DNA of 64,000 nt from Candidatus Oxydemutatoraceae bacterium (GCA_965220085.1 CBDCOZ010000003.1:416001-480000); one strand, 5' to 3'. Positions 19,336-31,246 are shown, numbered from the stretch's first letter. Made by a program: numbers and translations. The notes: generated from the sequence alone by a model not told the origin.

Positions 19336-19627
19336 AGGCGTGTTCGGCGGCGTCCAGAGTCAGGCCGATGGCATCATCGGTATGGGCGGCCGAGCGGTGC
19401 CTTGTCCCAAGCCACAACATATAAAGACATTGCCGCGCTGCGCTCGGCCGTCGCCGCAGAGGCCCGGGCACAGGATCAGATACTGGTGATGTCCAACGGG
19501 GATTTCGGGGGCATGTGTCGGCGTATCGGCGAATTGCTCGACACCAGGGCGCGCGCTAAAGGTTCTTAAAGGCGCGTTCGGCGGCGTCCAGAGTCAGACC
19601 GATGGCATCATCGGTATGGGCGGCCGA
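19167..19627. repeat. Tandem duplication (234-bp period) of the convergent mpl/hemL 3' ends
   Basis: CCCAAGCCACAAC...GGCATCATCGGTATGGGCGGCCGA starts at about 19172 and again at about 19406. Confidence 0.92.
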
Positions 19628-20845
19628 TACGAAGCCCGCTTCGTACGGTGATGGCGCAAGATAAATACCTCGTTCGAGCATCAGGCGGAAGAATTGCTTA
19701 AACCGTTCGCCGTCGCATCGTTTCACCTGAGCGAAGCGTGTGATTTCGCGCTCGTGTTGAGAAGTGAAAAAGAACCCGAACATCGCTCCGATGTGGCGGC
19801 AAAAGAAGGGTATGTTTGCGGCGCGGGCGCGTTCGCAGAGCCCGTCGCTTAAGGCGGCGGTTTTGGAAGCGATTGCATCAAGCGTGTTTGATGCTGCCAG
19901 AATCTCAAGCGTCTTTAAGCCGGCCGCCATCGCGACAGGATTGCCGGATAAGGTCCCGGCCTGATAGACGGTTCCCGCCGGCGCCAAATGTCGCATGATC
20001 TTTCGCGCGCCGCCGAAGGCTCCGACAGGCATCCCCCCGCCGATGATTTTCCCAAGCGTTGTCAGGTCGGGTTTTGTCTCGCAGAGAGATTGCGCGCCGC
20101 CGTTGGCAACGCGGAATCCGCTCATGACTTCGTCAAAGATGAGCAGTGCGCCGTATGTGTCGCAGCATTCGCGCAATGTGCGGAGAAAGGTTGCGTCGCC
20201 CGGCACCAGATTCATATTGCCCGCGACAGGTTCGACGATGACGGCGGCTATCTCATCGCCGGTCTTTGCGAATGCTTCGCGCACTTGTTGCGGCTCGTTG
20301 TAGTCCGCCACGATTGTCTGCGCGGCGATGGCTTCGGGTACCCCGGGCGAGCCCGCAATACCGAGTGTCAGCGCGCCGGACCCCGCCGCGCTTAGCAAGG
20401 TATCGCTGTGTCCGTGGTAGCAACCGTCAAATTTGACAATCAAATTGCGTCCCGTGAATCCGCGCGCCAGCCGCACGGCGCTCATGGTCGCTTCGGTGCC
20501 GGAATTCACCATGCGCACCATTTCAACGGACTCTATCGCGGCGCAAATTTTCTCGGCCAGCAAGACTTCGGCTTCGGTCGGGGCGCCGAAACTCAGGCCC
20601 TTGCGCGCTGCGGCTGTGACAGCCTCCGACACCGCAGGATGCGCGTGGCCCAGAATCGCCGCGCCCCATGAGCCGACATAGTCAATATAACTTTTTCCGT
20701 CTACATCAAACAGATATGCGCCTTCGGCACGGGCGATAAAAGGCGGTTCGCCGCCGACCGCCGCGAAAGCCCTGACCGGAGAATTGACTCCGCCGGGAAT
20801 CAAGCCGCAGGCCCGGGCAAATAATTTTTGTGATTTATCGGTCAA
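19556..20845 (-). CDS. hemL: Glutamate-1-semialdehyde aminotransferase
   Basis: [43 protein letters not shown]. Confidence 0.98.
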   Translation of the reverse strand: MTDKSQKLFARACGLIPGGVNSPVRAFAAVGGEPPFIARAEGAYLFDVDGKSYIDYVGSWGAAILGHAHPAVSEAVTAAARKGLSFGAPTEAEVLLAEKICAAIESVEMVRMVNSGTEATMSAVRLARGFTGRNLIVKFDGCYHGHSDTLLSAAGSGALTLGIAGSPGVPEAIAAQTIVADYNEPQQVREAFAKTGDEIAAVIVEPVAGNMNLVPGDATFLRTLRECCDTYGALLIFDEVMSGFRVANGGAQSLCETKPDLTTLGKIIGGGMPVGAFGGARKIMRHLAPAGTVYQAGTLSGNPVAMAAGLKTLEILAASNTLDAIASKTAALSDGLCERARAANIPFFCRHIGAMFGFFFTSQHEREITRFAQVKRCDGERFKQFFRLMLERGIYLAPSPYEAGFVSAAHTDDAIGLTLDAAERAFKNL

Positions 20846-21012
20846 TTTCTATGTCAGTTGCGCGCATAATGCGATATGATAACGCCTTATTTGAGTTTCA
20901 TTTCATGTGACTTCTGCAAAGCGGTGGCAAATATACGGTTATCGGCTTTCTGAGAGCTTGGTCTAAGACCATAATTTTATACGAAAATGGGTGTGATATC
21001 TGATTCCTGACT

Positions 21013-22368
21013 GTGTTAATTCGGATTAAAAAGGGTTTGGACATTCCCATCGGCGGGGCGCCGCGGCAAGAAATAGATAAGCCGGCGCCAACGTCAAAGG
21101 CGGCCTTTCTGGCTGCGGAATATCAAGGCTTGAGACCCCTGCTAAAAGTGGCGATAGGCGAGCGTGTTGTGCGCGGACAAGAGTTGTGCGCGCACAAGAC
21201 ATGGCCGCAGGTTCGTTTCCTGTCCCCGGTATCCGGCACCGTGCGCGCGATCAATCGCGGCGACTATCGCTTGTTGCAATCGATCGAGATCGAACCCGAC
21301 GGCGCTCGCAGCGAACAGTTCTCGCCGTGGGATGAAGCGAAGTTGCGACAGGCATCGCGCGACGAACTCGCGGCGCATTTGCAACAAGGCGGGTTGTGGC
21401 CCGCGTTCAAGACGCGTCCCTACGGCAAGATTCCGCCGCCGGACAGCGCGCCCGAGTCCATTTTTGTTACCGCGACAGACACCCGCCCGTTGGCGGCCGA
21501 CCCGCAAGTGATTATCGCCGACCGCAGCGAATACTTTGCCGTCGGTCTCAGGGCGCTCGCCGGGCTGACGGATGGCCATGTGTATCTGTGTGTCGCGGAG
21601 CAGTCATCGGTGCGGGCGATCGAGCATCCGCGGGTGCGGCGCGCGGAATTTGCCGGTCCGCATCCGGCCGGATTGGCCGGCACGCATATCCATTTTTTGA
21701 GTCCGGTGTGCGGCGACAAAGTAGCGTGGGTCATCAACTATCAGGATGTTATTGCGATAGGCGAGTTGCTTTTAAGCGGAGAATATCCGGCGGACAGAGT
21801 GGTCGCGCTGGCCGGCCCGGCGTGTCATAAACCGCGCTTGTTGAAGGTGCGTTTGGGAGACTCCATCGATGAACTCTGTCGCGATGAGCTGGAACAGGAC
21901 AATGTGCGGGTGATTTCCGGGTCGGTGTTGGACGGCGTTCGCGTCGACGGACAAAGCGGTCTGGCATATATAGGCCGTTTCCATCTTCAAATCAGCGCGT
22001 TGCCCGACCGCGGGCGGAGCAAGGTCATGGCGTGGATAAGGCCGGGTCTGGATTTGTTCTCCGTGACCCGGGTGTTTTTTCCTAGATGGTTGCGGCGCGG
22101 GCGCGACTTTTCATTTTCGTGTATGCAAAACGGCAGCGAGCGGGCGCTGGTGCCTTTGTCTGTTTACGAGCGGGTGTTTCCGCTTGATATGTTGCCGACC
22201 CCGCTGCTGAGAGCGCTGTTGGTGACGGATACCGAACAGGCGCAGGAGCTCGGTTGCCTTGAGTTGGAAGAGGAAGACCTGTCGCTGTGCTCGTATATAT
22301 GCCCCGGCAAGCACGAGTTTGGTTTCGCGTTGCGCAAGGCTCTTGATCAGATTGAAAAGGAAGGCTAG
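21013..22368 (+). CDS. nqrA: Na+-NQR subunit A
   Basis: IKKGLDIPI, GPHPAGL, LELEEEDLSLCSYICPGK. Confidence 0.97.
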   Translation: MLIRIKKGLDIPIGGAPRQEIDKPAPTSKAAFLAAEYQGLRPLLKVAIGERVVRGQELCAHKTWPQVRFLSPVSGTVRAINRGDYRLLQSIEIEPDGARSEQFSPWDEAKLRQASRDELAAHLQQGGLWPAFKTRPYGKIPPPDSAPESIFVTATDTRPLAADPQVIIADRSEYFAVGLRALAGLTDGHVYLCVAEQSSVRAIEHPRVRRAEFAGPHPAGLAGTHIHFLSPVCGDKVAWVINYQDVIAIGELLLSGEYPADRVVALAGPACHKPRLLKVRLGDSIDELCRDELEQDNVRVISGSVLDGVRVDGQSGLAYIGRFHLQISALPDRGRSKVMAWIRPGLDLFSVTRVFFPRWLRRGRDFSFSCMQNGSERALVPLSVYERVFPLDMLPTPLLRALLVTDTEQAQELGCLELEEEDLSLCSYICPGKHEFGFALRKALDQIEKEG

Positions 22369-22378
22369 GGGGAAGCGA

Positions 22379-23569
22379 ATGCGTATTAATTGGCCGGGCG
22401 AAGATCACAAATGGCATAAAGTTGCGGAGCCCATCCGCGAGATGGTGGATACCTTTGTCTTTTGGACCGACAAGACAACGACGACAGCGCCGCATATTCG
22501 CGATGGCATAGACCTCAAGCGCGTGATGAGTTATGTCGTCGTCGCCACGCTGCCTTGCGTGCTGATGTCGTGGTTTAACACCGGCTATCAGGCCAATTTG
22601 GTATTGGCGCAGATGGGCGAATTGGGCATATCCGGCTGGCGCGGCGGCTTGACCGCCGCCTTCGGCGTTGCGCGCGACCCGTCTAATATCGCGGCGTGCA
22701 TGTTTCTCGGTTTCTTGTTTTTCCTGCCGATATATCTGGTCACGGTTATCGTCGGAGGCTTATGGGAGGTTTTGTTTGCGGTCGTCAGAGGGCACGAAGT
22801 GAACGAAGGATTTTTCGTGACCTCCATGCTATACACCCTGACCTTGCCGCCCGACACGCCGCTGTGGCTGGTCGCATTGGGCATCTCCTTCGGCGTTGTC
22901 ATCGGCAAAGAAGTATTCGGCGGCACCGGCAAGAACTTTCTCAATCCGGCCCTGGTCGGCAGGGCTTTTTTATATTTCGCATACCCCGCGCACATGTCCG
23001 GCGACAGTGTCTGGGTTGCGGTGGACGGTTACAGCGGCGCGACCCCGCTTGGAATCGCCGCCTTATCCGGCGTAGAGGGCGTGATAGACAGCGGCTATCG
23101 GTGGTCACAGGCTTTTTGGGGGGTATTGCCCGGCTCGCTCGGCGAGACCTCCGCCGCCGGGTGTCTGCTCGGCGCCGCATTTTTGGTGTATACGCGCATT
23201 GCATCGTGGCGCATTATTCTGGGTGTCTTTGCCGGAATGGTCGTGACTTCTTCGTTGCTTAATTGGGTCGGCAACGATAGCAACCCGATGTTTGCGATGC
23301 CGTGGCACTGGCACCTTGTCCTCGGCGGCTTCGCATTTGGCATGACCTACATGGCCACCGAACCGGTATCGGCGACGGTGACCGATGCCGGACGGTGGAT
23401 CTACGGTTTGTTGATTGGCTTTTTGGCTGTTTTGATCCGGGTTGTTAATCCGGCGTTTCCCGAGGGGATAATGCTTGCGATTTTATTTGCCAATATATTT
23501 TCGCCGACGATAGACTACTTTGTCGCGCGATTTAATATCAGGCGCAGGATGAGACGTTATGGACAATAA
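22379..23569 (+). CDS. nqrB: Na+-NQR subunit B
   Basis: HIRDGIDLKR, KEVFGGTGKNFLNPAL, DGYSGATPL flavinylation motif. Confidence 0.97.
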   Translation: MRINWPGEDHKWHKVAEPIREMVDTFVFWTDKTTTTAPHIRDGIDLKRVMSYVVVATLPCVLMSWFNTGYQANLVLAQMGELGISGWRGGLTAAFGVARDPSNIAACMFLGFLFFLPIYLVTVIVGGLWEVLFAVVRGHEVNEGFFVTSMLYTLTLPPDTPLWLVALGISFGVVIGKEVFGGTGKNFLNPALVGRAFLYFAYPAHMSGDSVWVAVDGYSGATPLGIAALSGVEGVIDSGYRWSQAFWGVLPGSLGETSAAGCLLGAAFLVYTRIASWRIILGVFAGMVVTSSLLNWVGNDSNPMFAMPWHWHLVLGGFAFGMTYMATEPVSATVTDAGRWIYGLLIGFLAVLIRVVNPAFPEGIMLAILFANIFSPTIDYFVARFNIRRRMRRYGQ

Positions 23570-24344
23570 TTCCATCGCCAAAACCTTAATCGTTATCGTT
23601 TTGCTGTGCGGGGTTTGTTCCATCATCGTTTCGGCGATGGCGATCGGTTTGCGCCCGTTGCAAGAAGCCAATGCCCGGGCGGAGATCAGCCGCGGCGTGC
23701 TTGAGGTCTCGGGGCTGTATCAGCCCGGTGTCGATGAGGCCGAGTTGCTAAAACTGGCGGAGAGTCGCATCGTTGATCTTGCAACGGGACGTTTTGCCGA
23801 CGCGATAGCCGCCGAAGATTTTGATTTGCAGAGCGCGCTCACGGACCCGAGCCTGACGCGGGCGTTGAGCGCGCAAGAGGACATCGCTTCCATCGGGCGG
23901 CTGCCGAGATATATAAAAGTGAGCCTGATTCGTCGGGATGATCGCCTGTTGCGCATCGTGCTTCCGGTTTACGGCTATGGCTTGTGGTCTACCCTGTACG
24001 GATTCATCGCTTTGGAACCCGATGCGAATACGGTTTATGGGTTAAAATTCTATCAGCACAAGGAGACACCGGGGCTCGGCGGGCGGGTGGACAGCCCGGC
24101 TTGGCGCGCGCAGTGGCACGGCAAACGTATCTATGATGACGAGGGAAATCTGCGACTGACAGTCGGCAAATGCGGGACGATGACTAACAAGACGGAAGAG
24201 CATCAACTGGACGGCTTGTCCGGAGCGACACTAACCGCTTGCGGGGTGGATAACATCATTCGCTTTTGGTTCGGCAAACAAGCGTATGGTCGCTTTTTGG
24301 AATTGCGTCCGTTTGACGAAGGAGGCGGCGATGGCATGGGCTGA
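23559..24344 (+). CDS. nqrC: Na+-NQR subunit C
   Basis: [23 protein letters not shown]. Confidence 0.97.
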   Translation: MDNNSIAKTLIVIVLLCGVCSIIVSAMAIGLRPLQEANARAEISRGVLEVSGLYQPGVDEAELLKLAESRIVDLATGRFADAIAAEDFDLQSALTDPSLTRALSAQEDIASIGRLPRYIKVSLIRRDDRLLRIVLPVYGYGLWSTLYGFIALEPDANTVYGLKFYQHKETPGLGGRVDSPAWRAQWHGKRIYDDEGNLRLTVGKCGTMTNKTEEHQLDGLSGATLTACGVDNIIRFWFGKQAYGRFLELRPFDEGGGDGMG

Positions 24345-24984
24345 GAACAAAAAGGTTTTGCTTGACCCGTTAATCGATAACAACCCGATTACGCTGCAGA
24401 TACTCGGCATTTGTTCCGCATTGGCGGTCACCACAACACTCGCCGCATCTCTGATTATGTGCATGGCGCTGACTTCGGTGTTGGCTTTGTCAAACGCATC
24501 CATCAGCATGATTCGCAACCATGTGCCGACCAATGTGCGCATCATTGTGCAGATGACTATTATCGCGTCGCTGGTCATCGTGGCCGACCAGATTCTCAAA
24601 GCCTACATCTATGAGATTAGCAAAACGCTGTCGGTCTTTGTCGGTCTGATTATCACCAATTGCATCGTGCTGGGGCGGGCCGAAGCATACGCGATGAAAA
24701 ACCCCGTCGGCCTGAGCTTCATAGACGGTCTGGGCAACGGCCTTGGCTATAGCTTGGCGCTGATTTTTGTCGGCACGGTCAGGGAGTTATTCGGCTTTGG
24801 CACCCTGCTTTCGTATCCGGTATTGCCGACGGTCGAGCAGGGAGGGTGGTATGTGCCGAACGGTTTGTTGTTGCTGCCGCCGTCGGCGTTTTTCTTGATC
24901 GGCCTGATGATATGGGCGATTCGCAGCTGCCGCCCGCGGCAGGTCGAACAAGCCGAGTTTCGCATCGTCGCCAAAACGGGTTAG
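24331..24984 (+). CDS. nqrD: Na+-NQR subunit D
   Basis: [32 protein letters not shown]. Confidence 0.97.
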   Translation: MAWAENKKVLLDPLIDNNPITLQILGICSALAVTTTLAASLIMCMALTSVLALSNASISMIRNHVPTNVRIIVQMTIIASLVIVADQILKAYIYEISKTLSVFVGLIITNCIVLGRAEAYAMKNPVGLSFIDGLGNGLGYSLALIFVGTVRELFGFGTLLSYPVLPTVEQGGWYVPNGLLLLPPSAFFLIGLMIWAIRSCRPRQVEQAEFRIVAKTG

Positions 24985-24988
24985 TCCG

Positions 24989-25597
24989 ATGGAACAATTG
25001 CTGCAATTATTCGTTAAATCTGTCTTTGTTGAAAATCTGGCTTTGGCCTTTTTCCTCGGCATGTGCACATTCCTTGCCATCTCAAAAAAGATGGAGAACG
25101 CCATCGGTCTCGGCATCGCGGTGATCGTTGTGCAGGCATTGACGGTGCCGTTGAATAATCTCATCTATCAGTTCTTTCTCAGGGATGGCGCTTTGTCCTG
25201 GGCCGGTCTGCCCCAAGTGGATTTGTCTTTTCTGGGTTACATCAGTTATATCGGCGTGATTGCCGCGGCCGTGCAACTGCTGGAAATGTTATTGGATCGT
25301 TTCTTTCCGGCGCTGTATGCCGCCCTCGGTATATTCCTCCCGCTGATTACGGTCAACTGCGCGATTCTGGGCGGTTCGCTGTTTATGGTCGAACGCAATT
25401 ACGACTTTGCCCAAAGCGTGGTTTACGGTTTTGGCAGCGGGGTCGGGTGGATGCTTGCGATTGTCGCTTTGGCCGGAATTCGCGAGAGACTGAAGTACAG
25501 CGATGTGCCGGACGGGTTGCAGGGGCTCGGTATCAGCTTCATCACCGTCGGTTTAATGTCGCTCGGCTTCATGGCGTTTTCCGGTATCAAACTCTGA
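24989..25597 (+). CDS. nqrE: Na+-NQR subunit E
   Basis: [22 protein letters not shown]. Confidence 0.97.
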   Translation: MEQLLQLFVKSVFVENLALAFFLGMCTFLAISKKMENAIGLGIAVIVVQALTVPLNNLIYQFFLRDGALSWAGLPQVDLSFLGYISYIGVIAAAVQLLEMLLDRFFPALYAALGIFLPLITVNCAILGGSLFMVERNYDFAQSVVYGFGSGVGWMLAIVALAGIRERLKYSDVPDGLQGLGISFITVGLMSLGFMAFSGIKL

Positions 25598-26823
25598 TGA
25601 CAGTCGCGCTTGAAATTATCCTCGGCTTTGTTTTTTTCACGGCCATTGTCCTGATTCTGGTTTTCGTGATTCTGGCGGCAAAATCTTTTTTGGTGCCAAA
25701 GGGCGAAGTGCGGGTCACGGTGAACGGCGGCGAGAGCGGCTTTGCCACGACACCGGGCGGCAAGCTGCTTGGCGTGCTTGCGAGTCATGGCTTATTTGTC
25801 GCATCGGCCTGCGGCGGCGGCGGCACATGCGGGCAATGTCGGGTCAAAGTTCTGTCCGGCGGCGGCGCAATCCTGCCGACCGAGAAAACCTATATCACGC
25901 CCCGCGAAGCGCGCGATGGCGACAGATTGTCTTGCCAACTGACGGTGAAACAGGATATAGCGATAGAGCTTGCGCCGGAGGTGTTTGGCGCCCGGCAGTG
26001 GGAGTGCGCGGTGCGTTCAAATGATAATGTCGCGACATTTATTAAGAATCTGGCGCTGGAGTTGCCGTCCGGAGAAGATGTTGATTTCCGCGCCGGCGGA
26101 TATATCCAGATTGAATGTCCGCCGCACGATGTCAGGTTCTCCGATTTTGATATCGGCGAGGAATACCGCGATGCATGGGACGAACAAGGCTTATGGAAAT
26201 ATGAGTCACACGCGCATATGCCGGTCTCGCGGGCCTATTCCATGGCAAATTATCCCGAAGAGAAAGGCGTGGTTATGCTGAATGTCCGGATTGCTACGCC
26301 GCCGTCGCCGGAGTTGCCTCCCGGTGTGATGTCGTCGTATTTGTTTGCGCTCAAGCCCGGAGACAAGGTGACGATTGCCGGTCCTTTTGGCGATTTTTAT
26401 GCCAAAGAGACACAAAACGAGATGGTCTTCATTGGCGGCGGCGCGGGGATGGCGCCGATGCGCTCGCATATATTTGATCAATTGTTGCGCCTCAAGAGCC
26501 GGCGCAAAATCAGTTTCTGGTACGGCGCGCGCAGTTTGCGCGAGTTGTTTTTTGTCAAAGATTTTGATGACCTCGCTCGCGACCATGACAATTTTTCATG
26601 GCATATAGGATTGTCCGACCCGCAACCGAGCGACAGTTGGAGCGGCTATGTCGGATTCATCCATATGGTTTTATACGAGAACTATCTCAAGAACCATCCG
26701 CAACCCGAAGATTGCGAATACTATATCTGCGGCCCGCCGATGATGAACGATGCTGTGACAGATATGTTGCGGCATCTCGGCGTCGAAGATGAAAACATTA
26801 TGCTCGATGATTTTGGCGGGTAA
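25597..26823 (+). CDS. nqrF: Na+-NQR subunit F
   Basis: [12 protein letters not shown] 2Fe-2[36 protein letters not shown]. Confidence 0.98.
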   Translation: MTVALEIILGFVFFTAIVLILVFVILAAKSFLVPKGEVRVTVNGGESGFATTPGGKLLGVLASHGLFVASACGGGGTCGQCRVKVLSGGGAILPTEKTYITPREARDGDRLSCQLTVKQDIAIELAPEVFGARQWECAVRSNDNVATFIKNLALELPSGEDVDFRAGGYIQIECPPHDVRFSDFDIGEEYRDAWDEQGLWKYESHAHMPVSRAYSMANYPEEKGVVMLNVRIATPPSPELPPGVMSSYLFALKPGDKVTIAGPFGDFYAKETQNEMVFIGGGAGMAPMRSHIFDQLLRLKSRRKISFWYGARSLRELFFVKDFDDLARDHDNFSWHIGLSDPQPSDSWSGYVGFIHMVLYENYLKNHPQPEDCEYYICGPPMMNDAVTDMLRHLGVEDENIMLDDFGG

Positions 26824-27841
26824 AACCGCATTGCCGAAATCGCTCGCATGGGTGTGCGCGGCGTTTATCGTCGTTGCCTGCGGCGAACAGCGAGACGAGC
26901 ATGCTTTCCAAGGGCCGACCATGGGCACCAGTTGGTCGATCAAGATGTTTGAGTCTATGGACGAGTCGCAGTTTGATGCCGTGACTGCAAAGATAACGGC
27001 ATATCTGGATAAAGCGGAGGCGATGATGTCGACCTATGTCGCCGATTCCGATGTAAGCCGTTTCAACGCGTCGCGCTCGACCGAGTGGCAGGCGGTATCT
27101 CCCGAAGTCGCGGAAGTGGTCGCGTATGCGCAACATGTTAGCAAACTCACTCAGGGGGCGTTTGATATTACCGTAGCGCCGTTGGTCGAGCTGTGGGGCT
27201 TTGGCAGCGCCGAACGGCGGCAGCCGCCCGCTGCGGCGGATATTGAAAGCGCATTGCGGCGGTTGGGGTATCGGCGCCTGTCGGTGCGTCGTCAGCCGCC
27301 GGCGTTGCGCAAGGCTGTGCCCGGCCTGAGCATCGACCTGTCGGCGATTGCCAAAGGCTATGCCGCAGACGGTGTGGCGGATATCTTGCGGGCGCACGGA
27401 GTGACGAATTATCTGGCGGAGGTTGGCGGCGAATTGCGGGCATCCGGTATCAGCGGGAAGCTACAACCGTGGCATGTCGGCGTGGAAAAGCCGATACCCG
27501 GCTGGCGCGAAGTGATGCGGGCGGTGCAGCCGGACGGGGCCGGCATTGCGACATCCGGCGATTATCGGAATTTCCTTGAGACAGACGGGGAGAGGTATTC
27601 GCACGAAATTGATCCGCGCAGCGGAAGGCCGCTCCCGTACCGCGGCGCATCGGTCACTGTCATCGCCCCGACAGCGATGGCGGCGGATGCTTGGGCGACG
27701 GGTCTTTTTGTGGCGGGCAAAGAAAAAGGCATGGAGCTTGCGCAAGAGCAAGGGTTGGCGGTCTACTATATAGAGCAAACCGATGCCGGGTTCGCCCAGA
27801 CGATGAGCCAAGCTTTCTCCCGCTACCTTGTCGGCCCGTGA
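26789..27841 (+). CDS. apbE: FAD:protein FMN transferase ApbE (lipoprotein)
   Basis: VVAC lipobox, [29 protein letters not shown]. Confidence 0.95.
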   Translation: MKTLCSMILAGKTALPKSLAWVCAAFIVVACGEQRDEHAFQGPTMGTSWSIKMFESMDESQFDAVTAKITAYLDKAEAMMSTYVADSDVSRFNASRSTEWQAVSPEVAEVVAYAQHVSKLTQGAFDITVAPLVELWGFGSAERRQPPAAADIESALRRLGYRRLSVRRQPPALRKAVPGLSIDLSAIAKGYAADGVADILRAHGVTNYLAEVGGELRASGISGKLQPWHVGVEKPIPGWREVMRAVQPDGAGIATSGDYRNFLETDGERYSHEIDPRSGRPLPYRGASVTVIAPTAMAADAWATGLFVAGKEKGMELAQEQGLAVYYIEQTDAGFAQTMSQAFSRYLVGP

Positions 27842-27889
27842 AGTGTTTGTGCTTGTCGGAGCTCGGAGCGCCGACAGACACCCGCGCCG

Positions 27890-28072
27890 TTACTTGCGGG
27901 CGAGGATTTTTTTCGCAGTCGGCGATGCGCGCTTGTTGCCGGATTTGCACGATGCGCAATTAAGCCCGCCGCAACTGCCGCACAACGGTTTGCGCTTGAA
28001 GATGACGCCGATTGCCATCGCGCCGACGACGGTCAGCAAAACCAGGAAACTTGCGATATAGACTGTCCACAT
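27890..28072 (-). CDS. nqrM: Na+-NQR maturation factor NqrM (DUF539)
   Basis: TM followed by MAIGVIFKRKPLCGSCGGLNCASC. Confidence 0.8.
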   Translation of the reverse strand: MWTVYIASFLVLLTVVGAMAIGVIFKRKPLCGSCGGLNCASCKSGNKRASPTAKKILARK

Positions 28073-28140
28073 GGCTATAACTATAGCGCTATTGTCAATG
28101 GCTTGCGGATTCAAGCGGTATCAGGGTGTATAATATCAAT

Positions 28141-28977
28141 ATGTATAAAACGATTGTTTCCGCAAAGACGCTCGCGACACAGATCGATAACCCCGATTGG
28201 GTCGTATTCGATTGCCGTTTTGAAATCGGCGATCCGCAGGCCGGTCGCCGAGCATATTTGGAAGAGCATATTCCCGCGGCGCGCTATGTCAGTTTGGACG
28301 CCGACCTGTCGTCGCCGCCGACCGGCAGCAGCGGGCGTCATCCGTTGCCCGATGTCGATGCCATCGCCGACAAACTGGCGGCGCGGGGCTTGAGCGACCG
28401 TTCGCAAGCGGTCGTTTACGATGATGCAAACGGATCGATCGCGGCCAGAATGTGGTGGACCTTGCGCTGGCTCGGTCACCCGGCGGTCGCCGTATTGGAT
28501 GGCGGATTTAGCGCATGGTTGCGAGGCGGTTTGCCGACAGAACAGGAAGCGAGCGAGTGTGAGCGGGGTAATTTCAAGGCCCGGGCCAATGACAACATGT
28601 GGGTATCGACCGCCGATGTGGAAAAATCCCTTGCCGATGCCGATACGGTTTTGATTGACGCGCGCGCCCGCGCCCGCTTTGCCGGCGAGCAAGAAAGCGT
28701 GGATAAAAAAGGCGGTCATATTCCGGGGTCTGTCAGCCATCCGTTGACCGCTAATCTTGATAATAAGGGCTGCTTTTTATCCGCCGAAGAATTGCGCGCG
28801 CGGCATGAGCCCTTGCATAAAGCGACGACGATTCACACATGCGGGTCGGGGGTGACCGCCTGCCATAACATACTGGCGATGGAAATTGCGGGGATAGGCG
28901 ATTCAAAGTTATATGTCGGTTCGTGGAGCGAGTGGATTCGTTCGTCACAACGTCCTACGGCGACGGGGGAAGGTTAG
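28141..28977 (+). CDS. sseA: Two-domain sulfurtransferase (SseA-type)
   Basis: HIPAA, GRHPLP, AARMWW, LDGG, CGSGVTAC, YVGSWSEW. Confidence 0.92.
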   Translation: MYKTIVSAKTLATQIDNPDWVVFDCRFEIGDPQAGRRAYLEEHIPAARYVSLDADLSSPPTGSSGRHPLPDVDAIADKLAARGLSDRSQAVVYDDANGSIAARMWWTLRWLGHPAVAVLDGGFSAWLRGGLPTEQEASECERGNFKARANDNMWVSTADVEKSLADADTVLIDARARARFAGEQESVDKKGGHIPGSVSHPLTANLDNKGCFLSAEELRARHEPLHKATTIHTCGSGVTACHNILAMEIAGIGDSKLYVGSWSEWIRSSQRPTATGEG

Positions 28978-28981
28978 CGCC

Positions 28982-29521
28982 ATGAGAAGAATCACAGTCG
29001 ATGAATTTAAACAGGCGCTTGATGCGAGCGACGAGTCGCAGGTTGTCGATATTCGTTCTCCGAGCGAATATCTGGCGGTCGGGATAGCGCAAGCGCAGTC
29101 GTTGCCGCTGGCAAATTTTGATCAACTCGCCCCGTCGTTGGATCGACAAAGAGAAGTATATGCGCTGTGCCGCACGGGTCGCCGGGCGGAAGAGTTCTGC
29201 CATAAGATAGACCGGCTGGGTTTTAATTCGGTGCTCGTCGAAGGCGGCATTGAGGCTTGGAGCAAGCGTTATCCGGTGCGCCGCAACCCCAATCTGCCGT
29301 GGTCGATCGAGCGGCAGACACGTTTTGGCGCCGGCCTGTTTGTGTTTCTCAGTGTTGTGTTGGCGTTATTCGTTCATGTCAACTTTATTTATCTGGCGGG
29401 TTTTGTCGGCGCCGGTTTGATGTATGCGGGGGCGACAGACTTTTGCGGTATGTCCGCAATGCTTGCGAAGATGCCATGGAATAAACAGATTGCGGGCGGC
29501 ACGACCGAGACTTCCGCATAG
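28982..29521 (+). CDS. Rhodanese domain protein with C-terminal DUF2892/YgaP-like membrane domain
   Basis: VDIRSPSEY, CRTGRR, GGIEAW, IERQ, FCGMSAMLAKMPWN. Confidence 0.88.
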   Translation: MRRITVDEFKQALDASDESQVVDIRSPSEYLAVGIAQAQSLPLANFDQLAPSLDRQREVYALCRTGRRAEEFCHKIDRLGFNSVLVEGGIEAWSKRYPVRRNPNLPWSIERQTRFGAGLFVFLSVVLALFVHVNFIYLAGFVGAGLMYAGATDFCGMSAMLAKMPWNKQIAGGTTETSA

Positions 29522-29555
29522 ACAATGCATAAAGTATGGGCGGATATAGTCACCC

Positions 29556-30122
29556 ATGAACTTTTGTAGCCACTGCGGTTCGTCCGCTATCGTTTCTCAA
29601 ATCCCGCAAGGCGATACGCGCCGGCGCTTCACTTGCGCCGATTGCAACGCGGTGTTCTATGAAAACCCCAAAATTGTCGCGGCGTGCATTTTGGAATGGC
29701 AAGAGAAAATTCTTTTATGCCGGCGCGCGATCGAACCGCGCAAGGGGATGTGGACGGTTCCCGGAGGGTTTTTGGAGAACAATGAATCGATGGTAGAGGG
29801 CGCGTTTCGCGAAGCAAAAGAAGAGAGCGGCGCGACGGCGGAAGGACTCAAGCTGTTTTCTATCCACAATATAAAGCACGCCCATCAGGTGTATGTCACG
29901 TATTGCGGCCGGCTCGGCGGCGGCATATGCAGCGCCGAACACGAGACATCGGAGGTAGCGCTCTATGGCAAAAACGAAATCCCGTGGGATGAGGTCGCGT
30001 TTGCGGTTATCAAGGAAGCGTTACGGCTGTATGTGTCCGACGGCCGCAACGATTGTTCCGCAGTGTATCAGGGAGATATCGTAAAAAATAACGACGGCAC
30101 ATTTCATGTAACCCGCTATTGA
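29556..30122 (+). CDS. NUDIX hydrolase with N-terminal zinc ribbon
   Basis: FCSHCG...CADC, YENPK, PGGFLENNES..EGAFREAKEESG Nudix box. Confidence 0.92.
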   Translation: MNFCSHCGSSAIVSQIPQGDTRRRFTCADCNAVFYENPKIVAACILEWQEKILLCRRAIEPRKGMWTVPGGFLENNESMVEGAFREAKEESGATAEGLKLFSIHNIKHAHQVYVTYCGRLGGGICSAEHETSEVALYGKNEIPWDEVAFAVIKEALRLYVSDGRNDCSAVYQGDIVKNNDGTFHVTRY

Positions 30123-30433
30123 TCGGAACCGCCGAGACAAGGCGGTGTGTCATCAACCTTGCCGCCTCTGGCGGCCCATTCCGCGGGTGTCAGAGTATTC
30201 AACGAAAGCGCGTGAATGCCGCCGGTCAGTTCCGCTGCCAGCAGACTGTTGATGTGGCGGTGTCTTTGCAACAGGCTGCGCCCTTCAAAGGTATCCGCCA
30301 CTATAATCAGTTTGAAGTGTGATTCCGCTCCCGCCGGCACATTATGTTTTGAGCTCTCGTCGATGACATCAAGGCGCTCGGGGCGAACCTCGCTCGCGAT
30401 GATGCTCTCTATTTTTTTCCGCATGACTCCCAT
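30116..30433 (-). CDS. bolA: BolA family protein
   Basis: DESSKH, ESHFKLIIV, RHRHIN, IHALSL, PPCLGG. Confidence 0.92.
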   Translation of the reverse strand: MGVMRKKIESIIASEVRPERLDVIDESSKHNVPAGAESHFKLIIVADTFEGRSLLQRHRHINSLLAAELTGGIHALSLNTLTPAEWAARGGKVDDTPPCLGGSDQ

Positions 30434-30451
30434 AGCCGGATTATATCGCAA

Positions 30452-31246
30452 CTATGACATCCCGAGCCCGAAGAGGCGGGCGGCGTTCGCGGAGGTGCTT
30501 GCGGCGAGCGCGGACACTTCGGCCCCGATATGCTTGGCAACTTGTCGGCTTATGTGCGCAAGGAAAGCCGGTTCGTTGCGCCGGTTTTTGGGAGCGGGGG
30601 ACAGGTCGCGCGGCAGAAGATACGGCGCATCGGTTTCCAGCAATAACCTTTGCGGCGGAATCTTGCCGACCAATTCGCACAGATGCCGCCCGCGTCGTTC
30701 GTCACAAATCCAGCCGGTGATGCCGATGTAAAAATCGAGAGCGAGATAGTCGGCGAGTTCCCGCGCATTGCCGGCAAAGCAATGCACCACGCCGCCCGCG
30801 ATCTGGTCGCGATACGGTTTGAGCAGGGCTATGAAATCATCGTGCGCGTCGCGTTGGTGCATGAACAGCGGTTTGTTCAATTCTATTGCCAATTGGATTT
30901 GCCGTTCAAAAGCATCGCGTTGATCCGGCGGCGGCGAGAAGTTACGGTGATAGTCCAGACCGGCCTCGCCGATAGCCGCCGCTTTTTTGTGTGTTGCCAA
31001 ATCTTTTAACGCTTGGCAGGTATCGTCATCCCAGCTGTTCGCATGGTGGGGATGGACGCCGATGCATGCGCACAGCGTATCGGGGTAACGCTCGGCGAGG
31101 GCAATGGCCGCGCGGCTGTCGGTCACGCTTGATCCGGTGACAAGCATGGCATCCACGCCCGCCCGCTTGGCTTTGTTCAGGACTTCCTCACGGTCGTCGT
31201 CAAACGAACTGTGGGTGAGGTTGCAGCATATGTCGGTTAAGCTCAT
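30452..31246 (-). CDS. tatD: TatD family nuclease
   Basis: GVHPH, IGEAGLDY, HQRDAH, VVHCF, LLETDAPYL, RNEP. Confidence 0.95.
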   Translation of the reverse strand: MSLTDICCNLTHSSFDDDREEVLNKAKRAGVDAMLVTGSSVTDSRAAIALAERYPDTLCACIGVHPHHANSWDDDTCQALKDLATHKKAAAIGEAGLDYHRNFSPPPDQRDAFERQIQLAIELNKPLFMHQRDAHDDFIALLKPYRDQIAGGVVHCFAGNARELADYLALDFYIGITGWICDERRGRHLCELVGKIPPQRLLLETDAPYLLPRDLSPAPKNRRNEPAFLAHISRQVAKHIGAEVSALAASTSANAARLFGLGMS

